Origin: Phyllobates terribilis
Taxonomy: Eukaryota
Length of the DNA stretch: 64,000 bases
Assembly: GCF_046119375.1 (NCBI RefSeq)
Contig: NW_027362767.1
Span: 434,248,001-434,312,000, forward strand
Direction: 5' to 3'
The position numbers were made by a program, and so were the translations under genes. This document shows positions 1-14,500 of the stretch, one piece after another. How positions within the stretch are numbered: the stretch's first letter is position 1; the number at the start of each line of letters is the position of its first letter. Below the pieces are notes generated by a model. That model had not been told where the DNA came from, searched no databases, and saw only the letters and a program-made list of their open reading frames with translations.

Positions 1-169
1 TGCGGAGAGAGCGGAGAGCTCAGCGCCTATCTCCTCGCTATACAGCTCTGCTATATGTGTCTAGCACAGATCTAGAGGTTCCCATTGTTCTCCTGTTCCC
101 AATATCTGCACATAATCCCTGTGCCCACCACAGCTGATGTGACCCGCTACATCTGTATGTCCCATGTGT

Positions 170-2485
170 CTATACATCCCACTATATCTCTATACGTCCC
201 ACTATATCTCTAGGTACCCGTATCTATACGTCCCACTATATCTCTAGGTACCCGTATCTATACGTCCCACTATATCTCTAGGTACCCGTATCTATACGTC
301 CCACTATATCTCTAGGTACCCGTGTCTATACATCCCACTATATCTCTATGTACCCGTGTCTATACATCCCACTATATCTCTATGTACCCATGTCTATACG
401 TCCCACTATATCTCTATGTACCCGTATCTATACGTCCCACTATATCTCTATGTACCCGTGTCTGTATGTCCCACTATATCTCTATGTACCCATGTCTATA
501 CGTCCCACTATATCTCTATGTACCCGTGTCTGTATATCCCACTATATCTCTATGTACCCGTATCTATATGTCCCACTATATCTCTATGTACCCGTATCTA
601 TATGTCCCACTATATCTCTATGTACCCGTATATATATGTCCCACTATATCTCTATGTACCCGTGTCTATACGTCCCACTATATCTCTATGTACCCATGTC
701 TATACGTCCCACTATATCTCTATGTACTCGTGTCTGTATATCCCACTATATCTCTATGTACCCGTATCTATATGTCCCACTATATCTCTATGTACCCGTA
801 TCTATATGTACCCGTGTCTATACATCCCACTATATCTCTATGTACCCGTATCTATACGTCCCACTATCTCTCTATGTACCCGTATCTATATGTCCCACTA
901 TATCTCTATGTACCCGTATCTATATGTCCCACTATATCTCTATGTACCCGTATCTATATGTCCCACTATATCTCTATGTACCCGTGTCTATACATCCCAC
1001 TATATCTCTATGTACCCGTGTGTATACATCCCACTATATCTCTATACGTCCCACTATATCTCTATGTACCCGTGTCTATATGTCCCACTATATCTCTATG
1101 TACCCGTGTCTGTATATCCCACTATATCTCTATGTACCTGTCTCTATACATCCCACTATATCTCTATGTACCCATGTCTATACGTCCCACTATATCTCTA
1201 TGTACCCGTGTCTGTATATCCCACTATATCTCTATGTACCCGTGTCTATACGTTCCACTATGTCTCTCTGTTCCCGTCTATACGTTCCACTATATCTCTA
1301 TGTACCCGTATCTATATGTCCCACTATATCTCTATGTTCCCGTGTCTATACGTTCCACTATATCTCTCTGTTCCCGCCTATACTTTCCACTATATCTCTA
1401 TGTACCCGTATCTATATGTCCCACTATATCTCTATGTACCCATGTCTATACGTCCCACTATATCTCTATGTACCCGTATCTATACGTCCCACTATATCTC
1501 TATGTACCCGTGTCTGTATGTCCCACTATATCTCTATGTACCCATGTCTATACGTCCCACTATATCTCTATGTACCCGTGTCTGTATATCCCACTATATC
1601 TCTATGTACCCGTATCTATATGTCCCACTATATCTCTATGTACCCGTATATATATGTCCCACTATATCTCTATGTACCCGTGTCTATATGTCCCACTATA
1701 TCTCTATGTACCCATGTCTATACGTCCCACTATATCTCTATGTACCCATGTCTATACGTCCCACTATATCTCTATGTACTCGTGTCTGTATATCCCACTA
1801 TATCTCTATGTACCCGTATCTATATGTCCCACTATATCTCTATGTACCCGTATCTATATGTACCCGTGTCTATACATCCCACTATATCTCTATGTACCCG
1901 TATCTATACGTCCCACTATCTCTCTATGTACCCGTATCTATATGTCCCACTATATCTCTATGTACCCGTATCTATATGTCCCACTATATCTCTATGTACC
2001 CGTATCTATATGTCCCACTATATCTCTATGTACCCGTGTCTATACATCCCACTATATCTCTATGTACCCGTGTGTATACATCCCACTATATCTCTATACG
2101 TCCCACTATATCTCTATGTACCCGTGTCTATATGTCCCACTATATCTCTATGTACCCGTGTCTGTATATCCCACTATATCTCTATGTACCTGTCTCTATA
2201 CATCCCACTATATCTCTATGTACCCATGTCTATACGTCCCACTATATCTCTATGTACCCGTGTCTGTATATCCCACTATATCTCTATGTACCCGTGTCTA
2301 TACGTTCCACTATGTCTCTCTGTTCCCGTCTATACGTTCCACTATATCTCTATGTACCCGTATCTATATGTCCCACTATATCTCTATGTTCCCGTGTCTA
2401 TACGTTCCACTATATCTCTCTGTTCCCGCCTATACTTTCCACTATATCTCTATGTACCCGTGTCTATACGTCCCACTATATCTAC
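170..2485. repeat. 34-bp minisatellite (CCCACTATATCTCTATGTACCCGTGTCTATACGT)
   Basis: Clear periodicity, in an RTN2 intron. Confidence 0.95.
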
Positions 2486-2508
2486 AGGTATATCATCTCT
2501 GTACTCAC

Positions 2509-2555
2509 CTGGTTGTGTTTGTACATCACTGGAAATGTGAAGACCCCGATCACCA
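2509..2555 (-). CDS. RTN2: RTN2 reticulon-domain exon ([16 protein letters not shown])
   Basis: 47 nt, TGTTGCAG acceptor, CAG|GTGAGT donor. Confidence 0.9.
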
Positions 2556-5500
2556 CTGCAACAGAGAGAAGAGAATGAACAAGATGACAAAGAACGTGGG
2601 GACCATGCACCCAAATATATCCCTGCACTATATACACCAGAAGGTGCACACCCTATATACGCAGCCCCTCTCTTCATACCCCAGTACCTCACTGTGCACA
2701 TTGGGGGGGCGCCCCACAGATGAGCGGTCAGGGTCTTACCGAGGAGCAGCAGGGTCAGTCCATTAACCACAGCGCCAACATATGTGAGGAGGTAGAGGAG
2801 GAGCAAGAACTGCGGGAAGAAAAGGGGGAAAGTCAGGGAGCCCCCCACAGTCATGTGTGGACCCGTGGGTGTGAGGTGTGATATATACAACACCCGGGTG
2901 ACACACGTATGACAGGGAACGTATCAGGCCTTATCTACACGTCAGTGTCCATTTTTACCACACTGACTCATCGGTGAGTGCGCTGTGCACATAGAGAGCA
3001 CTAACACCGTCGTGAGAAGGAGGCCTTAGAGGGAATCTATCACCAGACAGCTGCCCGATGTAGTGGCAGAGACCCTGATTCCAGCAATGGATCACTTACT
3101 GGGCTATTTGCTGCAGTTTTCTCTGCTGCAGATCTAGCAGTTCTCTGAATGCTGAGCTCTGTATAACCCCACCCACAAAATTGATTGGCATCTTTCTGTG
3201 TGCACTGTGCATAGGCAGAAGGCTGCCAATCATTAGTGGGGATGGGGATATACAGAGCTCCTGAATATGAAGGGCTACATGGCAGCTGCTTTACTGGTCC
3301 TCTGGTGATTAAGTCCTGTTAATAAAACTACAGCAAGAGACCCAATAAGTGACACATAACTGGAATCAGGATCTCTGTCTCTACGTCATGCTGCTCTCAG
3401 ATTAGACGGCAAAAACTTGGTGGCGATTCTCTCTATAGGGGTTGTCCAGGCATATAGCATTATCAATATGATTGACCAAATATTGGACCTGTTATGGTCT
3501 GAGCCCGGCACCTCCACAGATCAGCTGTGGCCGGAGGTAAACAGTGAATGGAGTTGAACTACACGGCTCAGCTCCATGTGATGACAAGTGATCAATGTCA
3601 GACGCCTGGACAACCCCTTCAGGTTCAGTGTCTGGGCGAGTACATGATGTGCCGGAGGGAAAAGCGAGAGCCACGGGCGACTTTACCTTCAGTGACTCCT
3701 TTGTGTCCTGCACTAAGAAGAGTCTGCGGAGGGTGGAGAGCGCAGTGAAGGAGAGAACGACAAGGCGGGCGGCGACCACCTCCACCTGCTGAGGCGGCAG
3801 AATGGGGTCCATGTCCAGGTACTTCCTGAGGAGAGGAAAAGCTGATATGAGACTATAAGGGACTGTTCCCACGCTGCATTTTTTCTAAAGTGATGAGATT
3901 TCTGAAGTCTCCAGCACACGCTGCTGATCACTTTTTTTTTGCGGATTTGAACCTTCAAACGTGTTCTTTTTTTCAAATCTGCAGTGTGAATACTGTCAGC
4001 GTTTTTCCACCCATTAAAATGAATGAAGTAAAAACCAATAAAAAAAATGCATGTATTTTACCAACACTGAATGTGCGCACAATAAAAGCCGACACCACAC
4101 ACTACCCGGAGAACCCTGACACTGCTCCATACAGCCCACTGACACTGCTCCACACAGCCCACTGACACTGCTCCACACAGCCCACTGACACTGCTCCACA
4201 CAGCCCACTGACACTGCTCCACACAGCCCACTGACACTGCTCCACACAACACACTGACACTGCTCCACACAACACACTGACACTGCTCCACACAGCCCAC
4301 TGACACTGCTCCACACAGCCCACTGACACTGCTCCACACAGCCCACTGACACTGCTCCACACAGCCCACTGACACTGCTCCACACAGCCCACTGACACTG
4401 CTCCACACAGCCCACTGACACTGCTCCACACAACACACTGACACTGCTCCACACAACACACTGACACTGCTCCACACAGCCCACTGACACTGCTCCACAC
4501 AGCCCACTGACACTGCTCCACACAGCCCACTGACACTGCTCCACACAGCCCACTGACACTGCTCCACACAGCCCACTGACACTGCTCCACACAACACACT
4601 GACACTGCTCCACACAACACACTGACACTGCTCCACACAACACACTGACACTGCTCCACACAGCCCACTGACACTGCTCCACACAGCCCACTGACACTGC
4701 TCCACACAGCCCACTGACACTGCTCCACACAACACACTGACACTGCTCCACACAGCCCACTGACACTGCTCCACACAGCCCACTGACACTGCTCCACACA
4801 GCCCACTGACACTGCTCCACACAGCCCACTGACACTGCTCCACACAGCCCACTGACACTGCTCCACACAGCCCACTGACACTGCTCCACACAACACACTG
4901 ACACTGCTCCACACAACACACTGACACTGCTCCACACAACACACTGACACTGCTCCACACAACACACTGACACTGCTCCACACAACACACTGACACTGCT
5001 CCACACAACACACTGACACTGCTCCATACAGCCCACTGACACTGCTCCATACAGCCCACTGACACTGCTCCATACAGCCCACTGACACTGCTCCATACAG
5101 CCCACTGACACTGCTACATACAGCCCACTGAAACTGCTACATACAACACAATGACACTGCTACATACAGCCCACTGACACTGCACTGCTACATACAACAC
5201 ACTGACACTACTACAACACACTGACACTGCTCCATACAGCACACTGACACTGCTCCATACACACTGACACTGCTCCATACAACACACTGACACTGCTCCA
5301 TACAGCCCACTGACACTGCTCCATACAACACACTGACACTGCTCCATACAACACACTGACACTGCTCCATACAACACACTGACACTGCTCCATACAACAC
5401 ACTGACACTGCTCCATACAACACACTGACACTGCTCCATACAACACACTGACACTGCTCCATACAGCCCACTGACACTGCTACAACACACTGACACTGCT

Positions 5501-8500
5501 ACATACAGCACACTGACACTGCTACAACACACTGACACATACAGGACACTGACACTGCTACATACAACACACTGACACTGCTGCAACACACTGACACTGC
5601 TCCATACAACACACTGACACTGCTCCATACAACACACTGACACTGCTCCATACAACACACTGACACTGTCCCATACAGCCCACTGACACTGTCCCATACA
5701 GCCCACTGACACTGTCCCATACAGCCCACTGACACTGTCCCATACAGCCCACTGACACTGCTACATACAGCACACTGAAACTGCTACATACAGCCCACTG
5801 ACACTGCTACATACAGCCCACTGACACTGCTACATACAGCCCACTGACACTGCTACATACAGCCCACTGACACTGCTACATACAGCACACTGACACTGCT
5901 CCATACAGCCCACTGACACTGCTACATACAACACACTGACACATACAGTACACTGCTACATACAACACACTGACACTGCTACATACAACACTGACACTGC
6001 TCCATACAGCCCACTGATATTGCTACATACAACACACTGACACTGCTACATACAACACACTGACACTGCGCTGCTACATACAGCCCACTGACACTGCTAC
6101 AACACACTGACACATACAGTACACTGACACTGCTATATACAACACACTGACACTGCTGCAACACACTGACACATACAGTACACTGACACTGCTCCATACA
6201 GCCCACTGACACTGCTCCATACAGTTATATGAAAAAGTTTGGGCACCCCTATTAATCTTAAGCTTAATGTTTTATAAAAATTGGTGTTTTTGCAGCAGCT
6301 ATTTCAGTTTGATATATGTAATAACTGTTGGACACAGTAATGTTTCTGCCTTGAAATGAGGTTTATTGTACTAACAGAAAATGTGCAATCTGCATTCAAA
6401 CAAAATTTGACAGGTGCATAAGTATGGGCACCCTTATCATTTTCTTGTTTTAAATACTCCTACCTACTTTTTACTGACTTACTAAAGCATTTTTTTGGTT
6501 TTGTAACCTCATTGAGCTTTGAACTTCATAGCCAGGTGTATGCAATCATGAGAAAAGCTACTTAAAGTGGCCACTTGCAAGTTGTTCTCCTGTTTGAATC
6601 TCCTCTGAAGAGTGGCATCATGGGCTCCTCAAAACAACTGTCAAATGATCAGAAAACAAAGATTATTCAACATAGTGGTTCAGGGGAAGGATACAAAAAG
6701 CTGTCTCAGAGATTTAACCTGTCAGTTTCCACTGTGAGGAACATAGTAAGGAAATGGAAGAACACAGGGACAGTTCTTGTTAAGGCCAGAAGTGGCAGGC
6801 CAAGAAAAACATCAGAAAGGCAGAGAAGAAGAATTGTGGGATCAGTCAAGGACAATCCTCAGACCACCTCCAGAGAGCTGCAGCATCAACTTGCTGCAGA
6901 TGGTGTCACTGTGCATCGGTCAACTATACAACGCACTTTGCACAAGGAGAAGCTGTATGGGAGAGTGATGCGAATGAAGCCGTTTCTGCAAGCACGCCAC
7001 AAACAGAGTCGGCTGAGGTATGCAAAAGCACATTTGGAGAAGCCAATTTCTTTTTGGTAGAAGGTCCTATAGACTGATGAAACCAAGAGTGAGTTGTTTG
7101 GTCATACAAAAAGGCGTTATGCATGGCGGCAAAAAAAAAACAGCATTCCAAGAAAAACACTTGCTACCCACAGTCAAATTTGGTGGAGGTTCCATCATGC
7201 TTTGGGGCTGTGTGGCCAATGCCGGCACCGGGAATCTTGTTAAAGTTGAGGGACGCATTGATTCCACTCAGTATCAGCAGATTCTTGACAATAATGTTCA
7301 AGAATCAGTGATAAAGTTGAAGTTACGCAGGGGATGGATCTTTCAGCAAGACAATGATCCAAAACACCGTTCCAAATCTACTCAGGCATTCATGCAGAGG
7401 AACAATTACAATGTTCTGGAATGGCCATCCCAGTCCCCAGACCTGAATATCATTGAACATCTGTGGGATCATTTGAAGAGGGCTGTCCATGCTCGGCGAC
7501 CATCAAACTTAACTGAACTGGAATTGTTTTGTAAAGAGGAATGGTCAAAAATACCTTCATCCAGGATCCAGGAAATCATTAAAAGCTACAGGAAGCGACT
7601 AGAGGCTGTTATTATCGCAAAAGGAGGATCTACTAAATATTAATGTCACTTTTCTGGTGAGGTGCCCATACTTATGCACCTGTCAAATTTTGTTTGAATG
7701 CAGATTGCACATTTTCTGTTAGTACAATAAACCTCATTTCAAGGCAGAAACATTACTGTGTCCAACAGTTATTACATATATCAAATTGAAATAGCTGCTG
7801 CAAAAACACCAATTTTTATAAAACATTAAGCTTAAGATTAATAGGGGTGCCCAAACATTTTCATATAACTGTGCAACACACTGACACTGCTACATACAGC
7901 CCACTGACACTGCTACATACAGAAAACTGACACTGCTACATACAGAAAACTGACACTGCTACATACACCCCACTGACACTGCTACATACAACACACTGAC
8001 ACTGCTACATACAACACACTGACACTGCTACATACAACACACTGACACTGCTACATACAGCACACTGACACTGCTACATACAGCACACTGACACTGCTAC
8101 ATACAGCACACTGACACTGCTACATACAGCACACTGACACTGCTATATTTCAAGCCGAGCAGCCCCCCACAGTTGTCCGGTGGTCATGTCTCCGCACTCA
8201 CTGGAAGGGATTTATTCCGTCTCCCTTCTTCAGGAGTTTGCAGTAGATCCGTATTATGAATGTTGCACTGAGGACGAGGAGACAGGAGTAGGAGACGATG
8301 CTGATCACACTGAACTGGATGAGGCACAGCAGGCACACAGTGAGACCGGTGAGACAGCTGGCAGAGAGAGCGATGTCTCGCCAGTATAAGAGGTCTGCCA
8401 CTGAGAGAGAGAAAAAGAGAGCGAGGTAAGCGTCAGCACCGGCGCAGAGAGCGAGGTAAGCGTCAGCACCGGCGCAGAGAGCGAGGTAAGCGTCAGCACC

Positions 8501-11500
8501 GGCGCAGAGAGCGAGGTAAGCGTCAGCACCGGCGCAGAGAGCGAGGTAAGCGTCAGCACCGGCGCAGAGAGCGAGGTAAGCGTCAGCACCGGCGCAGAGA
8601 GCGAGGTAAGCGTCAGCACCGGCGCAGAGAGCGAGGTAAGCGTCAGCACCGGCGCAGAGAGCGAGGTAAGCGTCAGCACCGGCGCAGAGAGCGAGGTAAG
8701 CGTCAGCACCGGCGCAGAGAGCGAGGTAAGCGTCAGCACCGGCGCAGAGAGCGAGGTAAGCGTCAGCACCGGCGCAGAGAGCGAGGTAAGCGTCAGCACC
8801 GTCGCAGAGAGCGAGGTAAGCGTCAGCACAGGGGCAGAGAGCGAGGTAAGCGTCAGCACAGGGGCAGAGAGCGAGGTAAGCGTCAGCACAGGGGCAGAGA
8901 GCGAGGTAAGCGTCAGCACAGGGGCAGAGAGCGAGGTAAGCGTCAGCACAGGGGCAGAGAGCGAGGTAAGCGTCAGCACAGGGGCAGAGAGCGAGGTAAG
9001 CGTCAGCACCGGCGCAGAGAGCGAGGTAAGCGTCAGCACAGGGGCAGAGAGCGAGGTAAGCGTCAGCACAGGCGCAGAGAGCGAGGTAAGCGCCAGCATG
9101 GGCATTTGGTCATTACCCACCACTGATCCTCTATAATAAGACTGCGCTTGCGTGGCGCTGTTCGCCCTCTATCATGTGACGCTGGGAGATGACATCGCAG
9201 TGATACTATAGTGGATACATAATCCCGGGGATGTGTGTAATAATTTGTAGTCCAGGAGTTAAACTCTCAGTGATGGGGCCCCATACTACTGTCTTACAGA
9301 GCCGCAGGGCCATCAGGGGCTCAGACCGGGCTTCACCTCCAGCAAGTTGACAGGTAATTGATGATTACATTTGGCCCATCTACTCCAGTTCCGGTCCACG
9401 ACCCTGGGGGGGCCGTCAGCTATAGAGGAGACCAGATTACCCCCTCCTACAGATTCAAAATTAAGTGACCCTCAAAAGATCCTCCCTGCGTTTCCCACTA
9501 AGTGCCCATATTGGGTTACTAGGTGGCAGATGGGAGCTGTGGGGCCCCGACCATTTTACAAGAGGGACCCAGATACTTTAACTGACAGCCATGGCTGTGG
9601 AGGGGCCAGGTGCTGTAGGGGGGCCTCACGCTGACACTGATATTTGTCCCTTTTTGCCCCATTCTCGGCCTCCACCCCTCACGTCTCTGCAGGACTCACC
9701 CGCTTTCCTCATGGTGTCCTCCTGGTAGCTGCTCCGGGTCTGGGGTGACAGGTGGTGAGAGTCTCTACGACCAGCGTCTGTGAGGGAAGAAGAAGACACT
9801 AAATATAGATGGACAGGGACAACCCCCCTGAGACGAGCAACAACCTCTGTCCTGAGAACCCCTCTCTGCGGCCAGAAAAAGCCACGGAGAACAGCTGTCC
9901 ACACCCAGGGTCAGCTGCTGCCCACTCCACGCAGGGCACCCCTCATATGCCAGGAAGACACCGCCTGTAGTGGGCACCTTGTGTCCCGGGGGGGGGGGGA
10001 GTCAGCACTTACATATTATTGAAGGTTTTATCAAAGTAAAGGTAGCAAAGAAGTAAGTGACCCCCAGCCCCTGCAGTGGTGAAGAAGTGAACGACAGAGG
10101 AAGACCCCACAATCACCTCCATTATTCCACCTCCTGACCCAGCTGGGAGAGGTGAGCGCTGCAGCCAGAGATTCCCCTCATTCCCAGAAGCTTTAATACA
10201 AAGCTGCGCGGCTTATAGAGATCAGAGACCGCGGGCGATAAGCTGCAACAATGGAGCGCGAGCCAGGAGAAAGCCATTGTATCTCTCCCCATATGCCAGC
10301 ACTGTGTAGAATAACTGATAACGGGGCAGCAGTGATGTCACTTCCTGTATAACATAACTGATATCACAAGAGCAGTGATGTCATATATAAAATCTGCATC
10401 ATACTCCAGAGCTGCGCTCACTATTCTGGTCTAGTCACTGTATACATACATTACATTACTGATCCTGTACTGATCCTGAGTTACATCCTGTATTATACTC
10501 GAGAGCTGCACTCACTATTCTGCTGCTGCTGTCACTGTGTACATACATTACATTACTGATCCTGAGTTACATCCTGTATTATACTCCAGAGCTGCACTCA
10601 CTATTCTGCTGGTGCAGTCACTGTGTACATACATTACATTACTGATCCTGAGTTACATCCTGTATTATACTCCAGAGCTGCACTCACTATTCTGCTGGTG
10701 CAGTCACTGTGTACATACATTACATTACTGATCCTGTACTGATTCTGAGTTACATCCTGTATTATACTCCAGAGCTGCACTCACTATTCTGCTGGTGCAG
10801 TCACTGAGTACATACATTACATTACTGATCCTGTACTGATCCTGAGTTACATCCTGTATTATACTCCAGAGCTGCACTTACTATTCTGCTTGTGCAGTCA
10901 CTGTGTGCATACATTACATTACTGATCCTGTACTTGATCCTGAGTTACATCCTGTATTATACTCCAGAGCAGCACTCACTATTCTGCTGGTGCAATCACT
11001 GTGTACATACATTACATTACTGATCCTGAGTTACATCCTGTATTATACTCCAGAGCTGCACTCACTATTCTGCTGGTGCAGTCACTGTGTACATACATTA
11101 CATTACTGATCCTGAGTTACATCCTGTATTATACTCCAGAGCTGCACTCACTATTCTGCTGGTGCAGTCACTGTGTACATACATTACATTACTGATCATG
11201 AGTTACCTCCTGTATTATACTCCAGAGCTGCACTCACTATTCTGCTGGTGCAGTCACTGTGTACATACATTACATTACTGATCCTGAGTTACATCCTGTA
11301 TTATACTCCAGAGCTGCACTCACTATTCTGCTGGTGCAGTCACTGTGTACATACATTACATTACTGATCCTGAGTTACATCCTGTATTATACTCCAGAGC
11401 TGCACTCACTATTCTGCTGGTGCAGTCACTGTGTACATACATTACATTACTGATCATGAGTTACCTCCTGTATTATACTCCAGAGCTGCACTCACTATTC

Positions 11501-14500
11501 TGCTGGAGGTTTCACTGTACAGTGTTTCCTTGGTGACATCTAGTACTATGTCTCACCCATTGTGATCCCTGATATTTTCGGCTGGGGTTTCTCCACTAGT
11601 GTCTGTTCCTCATAGTTCCTCGGGGGCAGGGCTTGTGTCACCTGACACGCCTTCTCCAAAAGAACATAGGTCACAGTCTCCTCTTCTGGTTCCTCTTTCC
11701 TTGGTAACTGTGCTCGGCCCAGACCCCGTCCCCTTCGGGCCCTAACTGTGGGACGGGTTAATGGGACTGAACTTCCAATGGTAATGTAAGAGAAGGTTGG
11801 CTCCTGAGGTGAAGGTAAGGGCCACAGATCAGCCAGGGTCACCGTGGCATCATCGAGGTCACCTACAACATAGACAGAAGAGCGGCACTGAGCATGTGGC
11901 GTGATGACCGGGCCTCATTTATCAGTACAGCTGTCATTGTTTCCCATAGCAACCAATCACAGTGCAGCTTTCATTTTACCTGAAAAGTTTAAAAAATGAA
12001 AGCTGAACTGTGATTGGTTGTTATGGGCAACAGAAAAAAATTACTGTTGGGTTTGATCAATGAGGCCCAGTATTGTGTTTACATGGACGAGGGGCCATTC
12101 AGAAGGGGCGGAGCTACAAATCAATCGTGCATGTCATGTGACTAATATAGAGGACACACATACACACGGAGTCTTTACCATCTGGAGGGCAGGAGTCCGG
12201 GGTGCTGGAGGCAGTGGATGGAGCGTCCTCTGCAGGAGAAGCACAGACATTACAGGCACAATTTTGATAATTTTTGGGTAAGTTTTGTTTGAATGCATGA
12301 TTGCATGAATGCACAGCACCACTGCCCCCACATAGTCACCTGCACAGCACCACCGCCTCCACACAGTCACCTGCATAGCACCGCCGCCCCTACACAGTCA
12401 CCTGCACAGCACCAAAGCCTCCACACAGTCACCTGCACAGCACCACCACCTCCACAGTCACCTGCACAGCACCGCCGCCCCCCACACAGTTACCTGCACA
12501 GCACCACCGCCTCCACACAGTCACCTGCACAGCACCACCGCCTCCACACAGTCACCTGCACAGCACCACCGCCTCCACACAGTCACCTGCACAGCACCGC
12601 CGCCTCCACACAGTCACCTGCATAGCACCGCCGCCCCTACACAGTCACCTGCACAGCACCAAAGCCTCCACACAGTCACCTGCACAGCACCACCACCTCC
12701 ACAGTCACCTGCACAGCACCGCCGCCCCCCACACAGTTACCTGCACAGCACCACCGCCTCCACACAGTCACCTGCACAGCACCACCGCCTCCACACAGTC
12801 ACCTGCACAGCACCGCCGCCTCCACACAGTCACCTGCACAGCACCGCCGCCTCCACACAGTCACCTGCACAGCACCGCCGCCTCCACACAGTCACCTGCA
12901 CAGCACCGCCGCCTCCACACAGTCACCTGCACAGCACCACTGCCCCCACATAGTCACCTGCACAGCACCACCGCCTCCACACAGTCACCTGCATAGCACC
13001 GCCGCCCCTACACAGTCACCTGCACAGCACCAAAGCCTCCACACAGTCACCTGCACAGCACCACCACCTCCACAGTCACCTGCACAGCATCGCCGCCCCC
13101 CACACAGTTACCTGCACAGCACCACCGCCTCCACACAGTCACCTGCACAGCACCACCGCCTCCACACAGTCACCTGCACAGCACCACCGCCTCCACACAG
13201 TCACCTGCACAGCACCGCCGCCTCCACACAGTCACCTGCATAGCACCGCCGCCCCTACACAGTCACCTGCACAGCACCAAAGCCTCCACACAGTCACCTG
13301 CACAGCACCACCACCTCCACAGTCACCTGCACAGCACCGCCGCCCCCCACACAGTTACCTGCACAGCACCACCGCCTCCACACAGTCACCTGCACAGCTC
13401 CACCGCCTCCACAGTCACCTGCACAGCACCGCCGCCTCCACACAGTCACCTGCACAGCACCGCCGCCTCCACACAGTCACCTGCACAGCACCGCCGCCTC
13501 CACACAGTCACCTGCACAGCACCGCCGCCCCCCACAGAGTCATCTGCACAGCACCACCGCCTCCACACAGTCACCTGCACAGCACCACCGCCCCCACACA
13601 GTCACCTGCACAGCACCGCCGCCTCCACACAGTCACCTGCACAGCACCGCCGCCTCCACAGTCACCTGCACAGCACCGCCGCCTCCACAGTCACCTGCAC
13701 AGCACCGCTGCCCCCACACAGTCACCTGCACAGCACCACCACCTCCACAGTCACCTGCACAGCACCACTACCTCCACAGTCACCTGCACAGCACCGCCGC
13801 CCCCACACAGTCACCTGCACAGCACCGCCACCTCCACAGTCACCTGCACAGCACCACCGCCTCCACACAGTCACCTGCACAGCACCACCGCCTCCACACA
13901 GTCACCTGCACAGCACCACCGCCCCCACACAGTCACCTGCACAGCACCACCGCCCCCACACAGTCACCTGCACAGCACCACCACCTGCACAGCACCAAAG
14001 CCTCCACACAGTCACCTGCACAGCACCACCACCTCCACCCCCACAGTCACCTGCACAGCACCGCCGCCCCCCCCACAGTCATCTGCACAGCACCGCCGCC
14101 CCCACAGTCACCTGCACAGCACCGCCACCCCCAGACAGTCACCTGCACAGCACCGCCGCCCCCAGACAGTCACCTGCACAGCACCGCCGCCTCCAGTCAC
14201 CTGCACAGCACCACCGCCTCCACAGTCACCTGCACAGCACCAAAGCCTCCACACAGTCACCTGCACAGCACCACCACCTCCACCCCCAGTCACCTGCACA
14301 GCACCGCCGCCCCCCCCACAGTCATCTGCACAGCACCGCCGCCCCCCCCACAGTCATCTGCACAGCACCGCCGCCCCCAGTCACCTGCACAGCACCACCA
14401 CCCCCAGACAGTCACCTGCACAGCACCGCCGCCCCCAGACAGTCACCTGCACAGCACCGCCGCCCCCAGACAGTCACCTGCACAGCACCGCCGCCCCCAG

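Noticed and set aside
322-2766. Three overlapping ORFs of 730-814 aa
   Set aside because: Stop-free readings of a 34-bp tandem repeat, low complexity, open in all three frames, inside an RTN2 intron.
4014-6212. Cys/Val-rich ORFs on the minus strand
   Set aside because: Translation of the 23-bp minisatellite.
9780-9965. [15 protein letters not shown] resembles human RTN2 LWTAIGWVQRG
   Set aside because: In-frame TGA just upstream and no compatible acceptor. Probably chance or a decayed exon.
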